A stretch of DNA of 64,000 nucleotides from Mantamonas sphyraenae STR306 (Eukaryota; Protista; CRuMs). The stretch lies in assembly GCA_026936335.1 (NCBI GenBank), contig JAPMXV010000044.1, forward strand, positions 124,001-188,000. Reading direction: 5' to 3'. The position numbers were made by a program, and so were the translations under genes. Positions 45,057 to 55,346 of the stretch are shown in pieces. The notes under the pieces were generated by a model that had not been told where the DNA came from, searched no databases, and was given only the letters and a program-made list of their open reading frames with translations. The number at the start of each line of letters is the position of its first letter. The first letter of the stretch is position 1.

Positions 45057-48000
45057 ATGCCCTGCGACGACTGCGGCTGCGAACGGTTTGTGCCGCACAT
45101 GTTCAAACGTGGCGTGTGCAACAATTGCTTCCACGACGAGTCCATGCACAAGGGCGAAGAGAAGCAGGAGGAGGACAGCAAACCCAAGGCCGCAGCGCCA
45201 GCCATTCCCAAAAAGGCAGCAGCTGCCAGCTCTGCATTTGCACAAGCCTTGGCACGTGCACAAGCATCGAGTGTCACACCTCGAGTGGCACCCCAGCCTG
45301 TAGAGGCGGCCCAGGACACTTCTTCGGACGCTGAGGAGTCCCGCAGCACGGCGTCGTCCACGACCACCTCTTCGTCTGCAGCCAGCACGGCCTCGACCAC
45401 CGAGGACGACACAGAGAGCAACAGGGGCACAGAGGAGAACCAAGGCACACGTGAGCAGGTGCGCACCTTTGGGGTGAAAAAGAAGCCTGTGCCCACCTCG
45501 GTAGGGTCCATCAAGCCGAAATTGCCTGGCGCAAGGCCAACGACCATGTCGCCCGGCTTTGCCGGCACCTCAGCCTCCTCCACAGCCTCCTCCACCACCG
45601 CATCCACTGCCAACAACACCAACAATACCAACGAAGCGCCTCCCCTGCCTCCGTCGAGGAGACCCGTCACCATGGGTGTCCAGAGCACCGCGTCAGAGAA
45701 GGAGGACCTGCCTCAGCAGCTTCCATCGTTTGCGCTGTCCTTTTCAACGACCCCCGCACAGGCCCAGGAGACGGCAAACAACACCCAAGGGCAGCCCAAG
45801 GCAGAAACTGTGAAGGAGAAGCCACAGGAGACAGCCCCCAAAGAAGAGGCCGAGGCTCCTCCATTGCCTCCGCCGCGCCGATCTGTGGCGGTGTCCCAGC
45901 TTCAGCCGCAGCCGGCCGCACGCAGCACCATCGCCGCCTCTGTCACCACCGATTCATCCCTTCCAGCCCTTCCGTCCGCACTGCCTGCGTTTGACAGCAC
46001 AGGCAACAGCTACCGTGGCAAGAGCACACGCGGGGCGTCGCAAGGCCTGGACGACGATGGCGACAGTGCTTCGACCCGGAGCCAGAGCGACGTGCAACTG
46101 GACAACCTGTCCAACAGTCTGCAAGCAGACATGCTTTTGCGCGAGCGCAGCGACACCGAGCAGCGCCAGGCGGAGCTGGACAGCCAGATGCGGTCGCTGG
46201 AGTCGCCGCCCAAACAACCTCCCAAGGCCGGCGTCTCCATGGCCAACGAACTCCAGGGCAGAATCGTAGGACGCAGGCGCACACTTAGCAACGCACGCTC
46301 GCGCAGCGCAAGTGTGGCCTCCACCATGGAGTCTGGCTTCCCGGGCATCGTCAATGTCGCGTACACCGCTGCCGACACCGACGAGCTGTCCCTGGAGACG
46401 TTTGAGGTGGTGCGTGTCACACAAACAACCACCTCCAAGGTGGGATTCTGGCTTGGCACCAACGAGTTGGGCAAGCAGGGCTTGTTTCCTGCCGAGTGTG
46501 TCGAACGCTTCATGGACGCCGAGGCGCTTATCAGCCCCACCCCCGCACTTCCCACCACCAAAGCTCCTCCTCCTCCGCCCCCAAGAGCCCAGGACACCAC
46601 CGCAGCTTCAACTGCTGCGCCGTCGGTTGTCCACACGGCCTTCACCTCCAGCGACGAGGACGAGGACAACCTCGACGATGAGGATGGCCAAATGCCGCCT
46701 CCTCCACCGCCACCTCTGGACGAAGACACCGACGACGACGACGACGACGGCGACGACGACGACAAAGACGACGACGCCGAAGCGGGACACAGTGACAGTG
46801 TGGCGGAGCAGCCCAGTGCAAATAAGCCCCTTGCAACCAAGGGGGTGAGGTTGTCCACATTGCCGCCTCCGCCTCCTGCACCGCGTGAAGAAGCAGCTTC
46901 CACGGCCACCAACGAACGTACCCAGGCCAAAATGGCCCTGGAGAGCGCCCTGTCGCGTGGATTGGCGCCCGGTGCTCCTCCAAAGGTGCCTCCCAAGCGC
47001 AAGGGTAGCGAGGTGGCGCAGGTGGAAACAGGTTCGATGCCACGCAGTGGCAGCAGTGGCAAGCCGCGTACTCTCAGCGTGGCTGCACGCGAGTTCAAGG
47101 CAGGCCAGGGTCCGTCGTACGCGTCGTCGCCGTCGCGTGGAGGGTCGACCTTGTTGGGCCAGGGCTCGCCCAAGACCCAAACCGTGCAGGAGCGGCTGGT
47201 GGCCGAATCGGCACGAAGCAGCCGACTGGAACAAGAGAACAGCGAGCTGCGACGCGAGCTCAAGTCGATTCAGGACGTCCTCGTTGGCGCAGGGTTCGCC
47301 ATGCTCAACGACCAGGGCAGGGTCATGCTGAACAAGAGTTTGGAGAGTGGTAGCGTTGGGAGCAGCAGCAGTAGCAGCGCTGGGAGCAGCAGCGCCGGCA
47401 TTCGTCGAAGCAGCAGCAGCCAAGGGGATGGCGGCGTCGGCAACGGTGGCGGATACACAAGCGAGGGTCGAGCCGGCGCCTCTGGAATCCTACGCAACCT
47501 GGACTTGGACAAAGTGGACAAAGTGGGTTGGCTTTGGAAGGAAGGGCGGCTGGTGCACTCGTGGCGCAAGCGCTACTTTGTGCTTCGCGGCAAAACGCTG
47601 TCGTACTTTGAAAAGCCGGGTGACAAGAAGCCCAAGGGGGCTCTGGACGTGGAGGTGATGATCCTGCGCACGGTTAGGCGACCCATGGAAGACAGCACGG
47701 AGGAAGAGGAGTTGCTGGAACTCGTGGTGGACAACCGCAAATTGTACTTCAAGGGCGACACTGTGAGCGTCAACAGGGAATGGGTCATTGCCCTGAGCAA
47801 CAAGATTGCATTGTTGGACTACCTCAAGCGAACCCACGAGACAAACGACGTCGACCAACAGCTGTTGCAGTTGTTTGACAACTGGAATCTGGCCTCGTTG
47901 GATCTCAGCCACAGGCCTCTGGCCCTGCCCGCCGCCTCGGCTCTCGTCACCCCGCTTCGCTATCACAACAACCTCTCGTGGCTCGATCTGACCAACACCA

Positions 48001-48674
48001 ACCTCAATGAGCTGTCGCTCGAGGTTGTCTGTGGCGCCATGGAGACCAACTCGGGCATCCGCACCCTCATCATGGACCAGAACCCATGGACGTACGAGGA
48101 CTGCAAATTGGTCAGTCGCATGCTTCGTCAGAACTTTTCCCTCATCCACTTTAGCATGAACGACTGCGAGGTGGGCGACGACTCGTTGCAGCTCATCCTG
48201 GGCGCCGTCATGTCCCACAAGCCACGCCTGCGCTCCCTCGATGTCGCCGGCAACAATCTAACCAACGTTGGCGCCCATGTGCTTGTGTTTGCCGCCCTGC
48301 GCGAGGATGATCCGCAAGAGGCGGCGCTGCCGTTTGAGCGATTGCAACTGGCGCGCAACAATCTCGACGACGGTTGCATGTCCTCTGTGGTGCAACTGAC
48401 GCACGGGTGTGCCACCTTGGTGGACATCAACCTCAGTGGAAACGGCTTCAGCGAGGCTGGGGTGCACGAACTGTGTGCGGCCTTGGAAGACAACACCTCG
48501 GTGACCTCGCTTAACCTTGCGTCCAACCCGCTGTCCGGCACGGGCAAGCGAGCGTTGGTGCAAATGCTGCAGCGCAACAGCAGCATCCGCAGTTGCCAGA
48601 TGGCCGAACGCAGCCTGGATTCATCCGCGCTCGATTTGTTGCGGCTTATGGGAGACATCGGAGCGGGATTGTGA
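45057..48674 (+). CDS. Multidomain scaffold: Cys/His motif, Pro-rich region, SH3, coiled coil, PH, RI-like LRR; intronless
   Basis: CDDCGCERFVPHMFKRGVCNNCFH; SH3 AYTAADTDELSL..FWLG..GLFPAECVE; PH KVGWLWKEG..SWRKRYFVL; LRR units such as LRSLDVAGNNL and LVDINLSGNGF. Confidence 0.88.
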   Translation: MPCDDCGCERFVPHMFKRGVCNNCFHDESMHKGEEKQEEDSKPKAAAPAIPKKAAAASSAFAQALARAQASSVTPRVAPQPVEAAQDTSSDAEESRSTASSTTTSSSAASTASTTEDDTESNRGTEENQGTREQVRTFGVKKKPVPTSVGSIKPKLPGARPTTMSPGFAGTSASSTASSTTASTANNTNNTNEAPPLPPSRRPVTMGVQSTASEKEDLPQQLPSFALSFSTTPAQAQETANNTQGQPKAETVKEKPQETAPKEEAEAPPLPPPRRSVAVSQLQPQPAARSTIAASVTTDSSLPALPSALPAFDSTGNSYRGKSTRGASQGLDDDGDSASTRSQSDVQLDNLSNSLQADMLLRERSDTEQRQAELDSQMRSLESPPKQPPKAGVSMANELQGRIVGRRRTLSNARSRSASVASTMESGFPGIVNVAYTAADTDELSLETFEVVRVTQTTTSKVGFWLGTNELGKQGLFPAECVERFMDAEALISPTPALPTTKAPPPPPPRAQDTTAASTAAPSVVHTAFTSSDEDEDNLDDEDGQMPPPPPPPLDEDTDDDDDDGDDDDKDDDAEAGHSDSVAEQPSANKPLATKGVRLSTLPPPPPAPREEAASTATNERTQAKMALESALSRGLAPGAPPKVPPKRKGSEVAQVETGSMPRSGSSGKPRTLSVAAREFKAGQGPSYASSPSRGGSTLLGQGSPKTQTVQERLVAESARSSRLEQENSELRRELKSIQDVLVGAGFAMLNDQGRVMLNKSLESGSVGSSSSSSAGSSSAGIRRSSSSQGDGGVGNGGGYTSEGRAGASGILRNLDLDKVDKVGWLWKEGRLVHSWRKRYFVLRGKTLSYFEKPGDKKPKGALDVEVMILRTVRRPMEDSTEEEELLELVVDNRKLYFKGDTVSVNREWVIALSNKIALLDYLKRTHETNDVDQQLLQLFDNWNLASLDLSHRPLALPAASALVTPLRYHNNLSWLDLTNTNLNELSLEVVCGAMETNSGIRTLIMDQNPWTYEDCKLVSRMLRQNFSLIHFSMNDCEVGDDSLQLILGAVMSHKPRLRSLDVAGNNLTNVGAHVLVFAALREDDPQEAALPFERLQLARNNLDDGCMSSVVQLTHGCATLVDINLSGNGFSEAGVHELCAALEDNTSVTSLNLASNPLSGTGKRALVQMLQRNSSIRSCQMAERSLDSSALDLLRLMGDIGAGL

Positions 48675-48723
48675 GGATTTGAGGATGACGCACGTGCACA
48701 TACATTGCCATGGATATGGACAA

Positions 48724-49847
48724 TCACAAGAAAAAACGACGCTTGCTGGCCATGCCCTTCTTCTTGATCCACAGGTACTCGCCGCTCTTGCGATTGAGCA
48801 AGCCCCGCTGCAACGAGCGCAGTTTGAGGGTGAAGCGCGGACCCAGTTCCTGCAACCTGACCTTCTTGGCACTGTCGAAGATGTATCGGTGTTGTCGGAA
48901 AAAGATAAAGTCGCGCTGGTTGTGAAAAGTGATGACACGGCGGCCGTGGAAGTTCGGTTCCTGCGGACTCAGTGAGGCAAACATGCGGCCCACTGTGTGG
49001 CCCAAACGCGTGGTGAAGTTGTTCAGCACAATCTCTGGCTTGTGGGAGGTCATGCGTCCGTGGCCGCGGATGTCTTCGGGCATCACGAGGCTGGTCAGTT
49101 TGAAATGCGCAGTGGGTCCGTCCGGCAGATGCATCAGCCACATTTGGTCTGTGCACATGTGTTAGTTGCCTGTCACTGGCTTGTAGGTCGCCCCCACACC
49201 CAAAGCATCTCCTGCAACTCACTGATCTTTTTGGACTTTTCGTCCACGATGATAATGGCTGTGTAGTCGTGTTTCAGGCCGTAGTCCACAAGTTGCTGCA
49301 CCGAGTTCTTGAGCCGCTCCACAAAGTAGGAGCCCGGAAACACGTTGAGGAGCACACGGATAAAGTCAAACATGCCTGTGGTCGGCTTCCTGCATGTGGT
49401 GATCATGATTTTCGGCTGCTTGCCTGCAAAGTAGGTGCTGAACTCGTCCGTCGCCTCGTCGAAAGCCACCTCTTCGTCCTGTGCATCCACCGTGGTCTCA
49501 TCGTGCTCGCGTTGGTCCTCGATGGTGCGCTGCTTGGCACGTGCAGGCAGCTCCTCGCCCGCTGCCAACAGTTCGGCCTCCTCTCTCTTGCGCTTCTCGC
49601 GCCTCTCGCGCTTGGCACGCGCCTTTTCCTTCTTGCGCAGGGCGTACACCTCGTTGCGCGTCTCTTTGTTGGTGATCTCACTGGTTGGTTTCTGGTACGC
49701 AAAGAACTGTGCGTATCGCTCGGCACGTCGTTCCCGGCTTGACTTTTCCTCCTCTGCCACCTGCTTGGCCACGTGAACACGTTTGGCCTTGTGTGAGCCA
49801 CTGCCGCTGCTGCTGCTACTGCTGCTGCTGCTGCTGCTGCTGCTCAT
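48724..49847 (-). CDS. RPF1: Ribosome production factor 1 (Brix domain), 2 exons
   Basis: Intron 49222-49149; [58 protein letters not shown]-terminal RRFFL. Confidence 0.95.
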
Positions 49848-49922
49848 GTTCGATGCAGGGGGTTTCACTGCGTGCGTCGGCGCAAGAAGACCAAACCTCG
49901 GGCACACACATTCCACCCCCTC

Positions 49923-52235
49923 ATGACGGCTTCACTCGTTGGTCGACAGCACGTGAGTGAGCTGACAAGGAAGCTGGTGCAGTGCAACACGCTGCATGTG
50001 AAGCTGACGTCGTTGTTTGGGAGTCAAACGTACAAGAGGCAGCGGCAAGAACTTGCGTGTGTGGGAGAGGCGGTGGCGAAGCTGCAGACCGCTCTCCAGA
50101 CCCATCTTCAGGAGACATTCAAGCGCAAGCGCAAGGGAGAGCTCGTTGAATCGTTGCGCAACCACAGCAGCAGCTCGTTGTCGAGCCTTGGCAGCGAGGA
50201 GAGCGGTGAGAAGGATGGCGGAAGTCGGAGCAGCAGAAGCAGCAGCAGCAGCAGCAGCAGCCACCACGACGGCGATGCAGGAGAGGGATCGCATGGCTCT
50301 GGGATGGACAGCGGAAGCCTGGATGTGCGAAAGAGGCTGGTGCTGGACATGGTCGGGTTGCTGCTGCCGCTTGTAAACCAGACGCGGACGCTGCTGTCGA
50401 ACCTGGTCGACGCAAAGAGCAACGACAGCTTTGAGTACGCATACACGGACGAAATGCACGAGTTGCGTGTGTTGCGGCAAAAGATGCAGCTTTGCCTGCC
50501 ATACGTGGCGATGGAGGACTTGGTGTTTCCCGACACGTATCTCACGCCCGATTGCGAGGAGTGCAGTCCGTTTGTGCACGTGAAGTACGTGGACAGCAAG
50601 GCCAAGGCGCAATATGACGCGCTCATGCACCTCATCAACGTGACCAACGTGTTTATGGACGGCAAGAGCGGATTCTTTGGGTCGCTGAGTTCGCTGTTTA
50701 GCCCGCAGAAAGCAGCTGTGCGCAGCGACGATGTACAGCTGAACGGGAACGTGCACAAGTTCAAGCGCGTGTGGAATCTCCTGGAGACTGGATCTGTGCG
50801 CACTTTTCAGAACATTGCCATGCCCAAGGTAGGCACGAACCAGATGTTCAGGCTGTTTGAATCGGGCAACATCGACGAACAGCAGGAACAGGACATGCAG
50901 AAACGTCACAGCGTGAAGGCGCGGTTGTTGTATCCGCACGACATCGAGTACCTGCAGGACAAGGTGAGCCAGCAGTCACAGAGGCAGCGGGAGATTGCCC
51001 GGCGCACAGGCAGCAGCGCAGGCGTACAGGAGAAAGACGAAAGCGATGATGGAGTTGTGCTGATGATCAAAGACGATGGAAGCAATGCCTGCAGCACAAA
51101 AGAGGCCATTCACGTGTCCACGGTGATTCTGCACCTGCACGGCGGCGGGTTTGTGGCCATGAGCTCGTTCTCGCATCAAGTGTACACACGTCAGTGGGCT
51201 CTGGACAACGACACTGCCATTGTGTCTGTGGACTACCGCTTGGCACCCGAGGACCCGTTTCCGGCTGGATACCTCGATTGCATGATGATTTATCGTTGGA
51301 TGGTCACGCACGGCCTGGAGCAGCTGGGACTGACGTTTGACCACCTCATCATCACGGGCGACAGCGCAGGCGGCTGTTTTGCGTGCACAGTCACGCTGAC
51401 GGCTTTGGCAGAAGGGCTCAAGGCGCCAGACTATGTGATGCTGAGTTACCCGGCAACATGTGTGGACGACCAGTACTTTCTGCCCTCGAAGCACAGGCAC
51501 ATGGAAGACAAACTCCTGTCGCTGCCGCTTGTGAAGACGGTGTTTTCATCATATGTGCCGGACAAGGAGAGCACTCTGGCAGAATGGGAGCCGTGGCAAG
51601 TAAGCCCGCTGTTTGCGCCGCAGGAACTGCTGGAGCGCTTCCCACGCACTGTCATTCACGTGGGAGACCTGGATCCTTTGCGTGACGATGCGTTGTACTT
51701 TGCACATGCCCTGTACAACGCCGGACGGCCTGTGCGTGTGCGTGTGTACGAAAACCTGGCGCATGGCTACCTAAACATGCAGGACGCGGTGAAGGACAGT
51801 GCACGTGCGTTTGATGACGTGCGAGCGTGGCTTAGGGTCATTGTAGACACGGATTGCAGGGCAGATGTGGCCCACGTGCTGGCAGCTACGCAGGAGAACT
51901 TGAAAGAGGCCATTGATCTTGCCCAGAAAAGCATCCTGGGGCGCATGGTGGCTCGGAAGCAAAATGCGCTCAACGCAGACGACTCTTTCGTGGACGTGGA
52001 GCTGGAGGAGGAGGATGGCGACACGGTGGAGATTGTTCTCGACGACACAGACCGGGAGGCGGCTATCTTTGGCGGACCTGCTGTGATGGCCCACGTGGAC
52101 GAGGAAGGCCACCCTGAGGACTTTGGCGATGTCGGTGACGAGGAGGACAAGTTGGTCGTGGCTGAGCTGGAGAACAGCGTGCGGTTGCTGGAGGCCGAAA
52201 GCGGCGGGGGATCAAAATTAAACGCAGCCCAATGA
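49923..52235 (+). CDS. Hormone-sensitive lipase family esterase; intronless
   Basis: HLHGGGFV, SHQVYTRQWA, SVDYRLAPEDPFP, GDSAGG, DPLRDD, HGYLN; VWNLLET segment typical of eukaryotic HSL. Confidence 0.92.
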   Translation: MTASLVGRQHVSELTRKLVQCNTLHVKLTSLFGSQTYKRQRQELACVGEAVAKLQTALQTHLQETFKRKRKGELVESLRNHSSSSLSSLGSEESGEKDGGSRSSRSSSSSSSSHHDGDAGEGSHGSGMDSGSLDVRKRLVLDMVGLLLPLVNQTRTLLSNLVDAKSNDSFEYAYTDEMHELRVLRQKMQLCLPYVAMEDLVFPDTYLTPDCEECSPFVHVKYVDSKAKAQYDALMHLINVTNVFMDGKSGFFGSLSSLFSPQKAAVRSDDVQLNGNVHKFKRVWNLLETGSVRTFQNIAMPKVGTNQMFRLFESGNIDEQQEQDMQKRHSVKARLLYPHDIEYLQDKVSQQSQRQREIARRTGSSAGVQEKDESDDGVVLMIKDDGSNACSTKEAIHVSTVILHLHGGGFVAMSSFSHQVYTRQWALDNDTAIVSVDYRLAPEDPFPAGYLDCMMIYRWMVTHGLEQLGLTFDHLIITGDSAGGCFACTVTLTALAEGLKAPDYVMLSYPATCVDDQYFLPSKHRHMEDKLLSLPLVKTVFSSYVPDKESTLAEWEPWQVSPLFAPQELLERFPRTVIHVGDLDPLRDDALYFAHALYNAGRPVRVRVYENLAHGYLNMQDAVKDSARAFDDVRAWLRVIVDTDCRADVAHVLAATQENLKEAIDLAQKSILGRMVARKQNALNADDSFVDVELEEEDGDTVEIVLDDTDREAAIFGGPAVMAHVDEEGHPEDFGDVGDEEDKLVVAELENSVRLLEAESGGGSKLNAAQ

Positions 52236-53146
52236 CCGACCACACTGTTTCCCTCGACACAGGAATCGATATGCACTACCTCGAGTATAACGGGGATGTC
52301 CATTCGGACGTTGTCACGATCGTCTGTCTGCACGGCCGTGCGCAAACGGCTCACAGTTGGGACGATTTTGCACCCGCTGCTGAAGCTGAAGGGTACAGGG
52401 TCCTCTGTTTGGATTTGCGAGGTCACGGCGATTCCTCTTGGCCCAAAGACGGGGAATATGCTCTGAATTGGCTTGCAGAAGACCTGCGCTCATTTGTGGA
52501 GCTGGTTGTGGGTGAAGGCCGGTTTGTACTTGTCGGCATGTCCCTGGGTGGCCTGACGATGATGCGCTTCCTTGTGGACCTGGTGGAACAGGACAACACA
52601 GAGGTATTGCATCGAATCCCACGCGTTGTGAGCGTGGACATCACCCCGTTTGAAAACAAGGAGTTTGCAAAAGACAAATCGTCGTCGTCTTCTTCGTCGT
52701 CGTCGTCGTCGTCGTCCTTCACGGCCCAGCTGATGCGGGATACCTTTGAGGAGTGGGTCGAGGCTGCACACGAGTTTAATCCGAAGCGTAGCAAGGATGA
52801 CCTGCGCTCTCGGCTCCAGTACTCGCTGCGGGAGACGGACGACGGGAAGTGGACGTGGAAGTATGACGCCGTGTCGCTTCTGGACCCTGAGAAGCAGCGA
52901 GAGCGGAGCACAAAGTACGGTGAAGAGCTTTGGACAGCTCTCAAGGACGCCTCTGCTTCGCTGCCACCCGTGTTGCTTGTTCGTGGGGGCAAGAGCACGT
53001 ACACAAACGACGAGCTCGCAGCACGCTTCTTGGAGACTCTGCAAGATGCCAGTGATGTGTGCATCGAAGAAGCAGGCCACAGTGTGGCTGGTGATTGCCC
53101 CGAAGAGTTCAACTTGGCAGTGTTGAGCTGGTTGCAGAAGATTTGA
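52232..53146 (+). CDS. Alpha/beta-fold hydrolase (Abhydrolase_1/6); intronless
   Basis: LHGRAQTAHSW, DLRGHGDS, nucleophile GMSLGG, LLVRGGKS, AGHSV; ATG overlaps the HSL stop. Confidence 0.9.
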   Translation: MTDHTVSLDTGIDMHYLEYNGDVHSDVVTIVCLHGRAQTAHSWDDFAPAAEAEGYRVLCLDLRGHGDSSWPKDGEYALNWLAEDLRSFVELVVGEGRFVLVGMSLGGLTMMRFLVDLVEQDNTEVLHRIPRVVSVDITPFENKEFAKDKSSSSSSSSSSSSSFTAQLMRDTFEEWVEAAHEFNPKRSKDDLRSRLQYSLRETDDGKWTWKYDAVSLLDPEKQRERSTKYGEELWTALKDASASLPPVLLVRGGKSTYTNDELAARFLETLQDASDVCIEEAGHSVAGDCPEEFNLAVLSWLQKI

Positions 53147-53218
53147 GTGACAATTGCCGCAACTTCCGGCCTTCATTGGGTGTTGACAACGGAATCAAAC
53201 ATGTCCCTCATTCCACAC

Positions 53219-55145
53219 TCACATGTTGCTAGGCTGAGTGCCCTGAGCGAACCACTTCTTGAGGTCAAACTCAATGTAGGAGTTGCAGGCGGCCGGGCGC
53301 CACTGGTCGAGGTGGCCGTTCTCCCACGCACTCCAGGCAATCTGGTTACCTGGTTGGAAGGCAACACTGAGGACGTTGGATCCGTCGGTGTTGTCGGTGC
53401 AGGTGAACTGATGGTGACCCTTGTCGCCAAGCACAGAGGTGATGTTGATCGCCTCCAGGCCTGCAATGGCCACGTTGTTCTGCTCGTACCACTGGAAGGC
53501 ATCGTGGGCCATCATGTAGCGAGCAAACGACCATGAGTTGGGCGACTGGCTCCACTCGTAGTGCTTGCGGATGGTCGGGTCGTAGCCGTGGTTCGTGCGC
53601 CACACGGCGTTCTTCAGCGGGAAGCCGATCTGCACCGTGTTGCCTGCCTTGTCGGTGTAGGTGGCGTTGGCCTCGCGAGCGTCGTTGTCGTTGAAGTATG
53701 CGGTGTAGTCGTACATGGTCTCCATCGCCACCGCGCCGGGCTTGCCCACAGACGCGTCCTGGGCGCTCGTCACCATGTGGTTGAACCCAACCGTGTTGTT
53801 GGTCGACTCCCACACTGTACGCGCCTGGTCCAGAGTGTAGGCGTTCTCCATGACATAGCGGAGACGCAACACCCACGGGAAGCCGTCAAAGGTGATTTCG
53901 TTCTCCTCCAGGTTGGCCTCGTGCACAGACACTCCTTCGGAACTCATGCCAGCCAGAGAGCCCCACAGACCCAGGAATCCAAACGTGGCGTGCGAGATAG
54001 CACCGTCGTTCGGGCGGAACACAGTCACCACCTTGTACTTTGCAATGCCCGTGTCCTTTGTCCAGTCCAGGTTGCGCCCACTGAACAGCTGGCCACCCTG
54101 CGTACGCTCGCTGCTCCACACGCCAAACATGGAGCACTGGGCGCCGGTAATCATCGGCTTGGATTTCTCCACCAGCGGCTTCAGCACGTCCGTCACAGTC
54201 GTGTCGTTCCACTCACTGTGTGTCCGCATGCGTGGCGAGTGTTTGTGTGTGCACGTTTGCAAGAGTGTGCGCGCAAGTGTCCGTGCGTTGAGCATGCGTG
54301 TGAGCGGAGGTTTGTCCACGCGTTCAATTTCCGGCGGCGTTCCTGACCAAAGAGAGCGACGCTTTTTCGGCACTGCACGCCGTCGGTGGAGCGGAATTGC
54401 GGCCGGGAAATGACAGGAGAAGGGAAAGAGGGCGAATGGATGCAATGGACGCCCGCGACGCTCTCAACTCACCGCAGAAGAATCAGAATAAAGTCCTGGA
54501 GATCGCCGGGAGCGTTGGCGAGGAGCACAATGCGCGTGACGTAGCGGTACATGTCGGGCACGCCGGCATCAACGCCACCCTGGCGCATACCTGCAGGAGG
54601 TGAGACGATGACAGGGGCACAGTCGCAGCAAAGGCACACGTCGTGGTGAGCGTACGGGCCGTGTGGTGTGCGGTGGAGGGGAAAGAACGGGGTTTGGCAC
54701 AAACGAGCGGGCATTGAAACACACCTTCCAGCTCCTGCTTCATGCTCAGAGGCACCTGCACGCTCAGATACTTGTCCCACTGGTGGTCGATGACCTTTTC
54801 GAGAGCGTCGAGGACAAAGGGTTCGTACCACTTGTCGCCCAGGAGGGACTTGAAGAAGGTCTGGTACATGTCCTCGGCAATCTTGGCAGACAGGATGCCT
54901 GCGTCGTAGCCCATCTGGTGACGCGAGCCGGTGAGGTCCAGCACATACACAGGGTCGACATACGCGCGGTGCGGCAGCTCCACAGCGTACAGAGCGCTGC
55001 CTGCGCTCGAGTTGATCTTGGCAAAGCCCGTGGGCGTCTGCACCGTGAAAGAAGGCGTGAACGGATCCGTGGACGCCTCGTGTTCCAGCGCATGCACACA
55101 GCACACAATAAGCGCCACAGTGGCAATCAGCGTGGCGGATTTCAT
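53219..55145 (-). CDS. Secreted Ntn-hydrolase, peptidase C45 / acid-ceramidase-like, 3 exons
   Basis: Exons 55145-54725, 54590-54473, 54215-53219; signal peptide; autocleavage-site Cys in QCSMFGVW, GRNLDW, GMSSEGV, RTNH. Confidence 0.85.
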
Positions 55146-55346
55146 GTTGCTTTTCGTTGCCTCACAGGTCGCTGTGCGTGCCTCCGCGATCGCCATTCGA
55201 TGCCCGGTCCGAACAGGTCCGTGGGATCGATGACACGCAGACATGAGGGAATCGTCCTCTCTTTCTTTCCCGATGAGGTCAGGGAAGTTGAAATCGAATG
55301 CTCAGGCGGCTCCAGCAGAAACCACAGCACACAACCTTGCGCTTGC

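Noticed and set aside
54663-55346. N-terminal 228 aa of the 1314-aa ORF
   Set aside because: Mostly antisense to the C45 hydrolase exon 1 and begins at a non-ATG codon; probable start is 55347.
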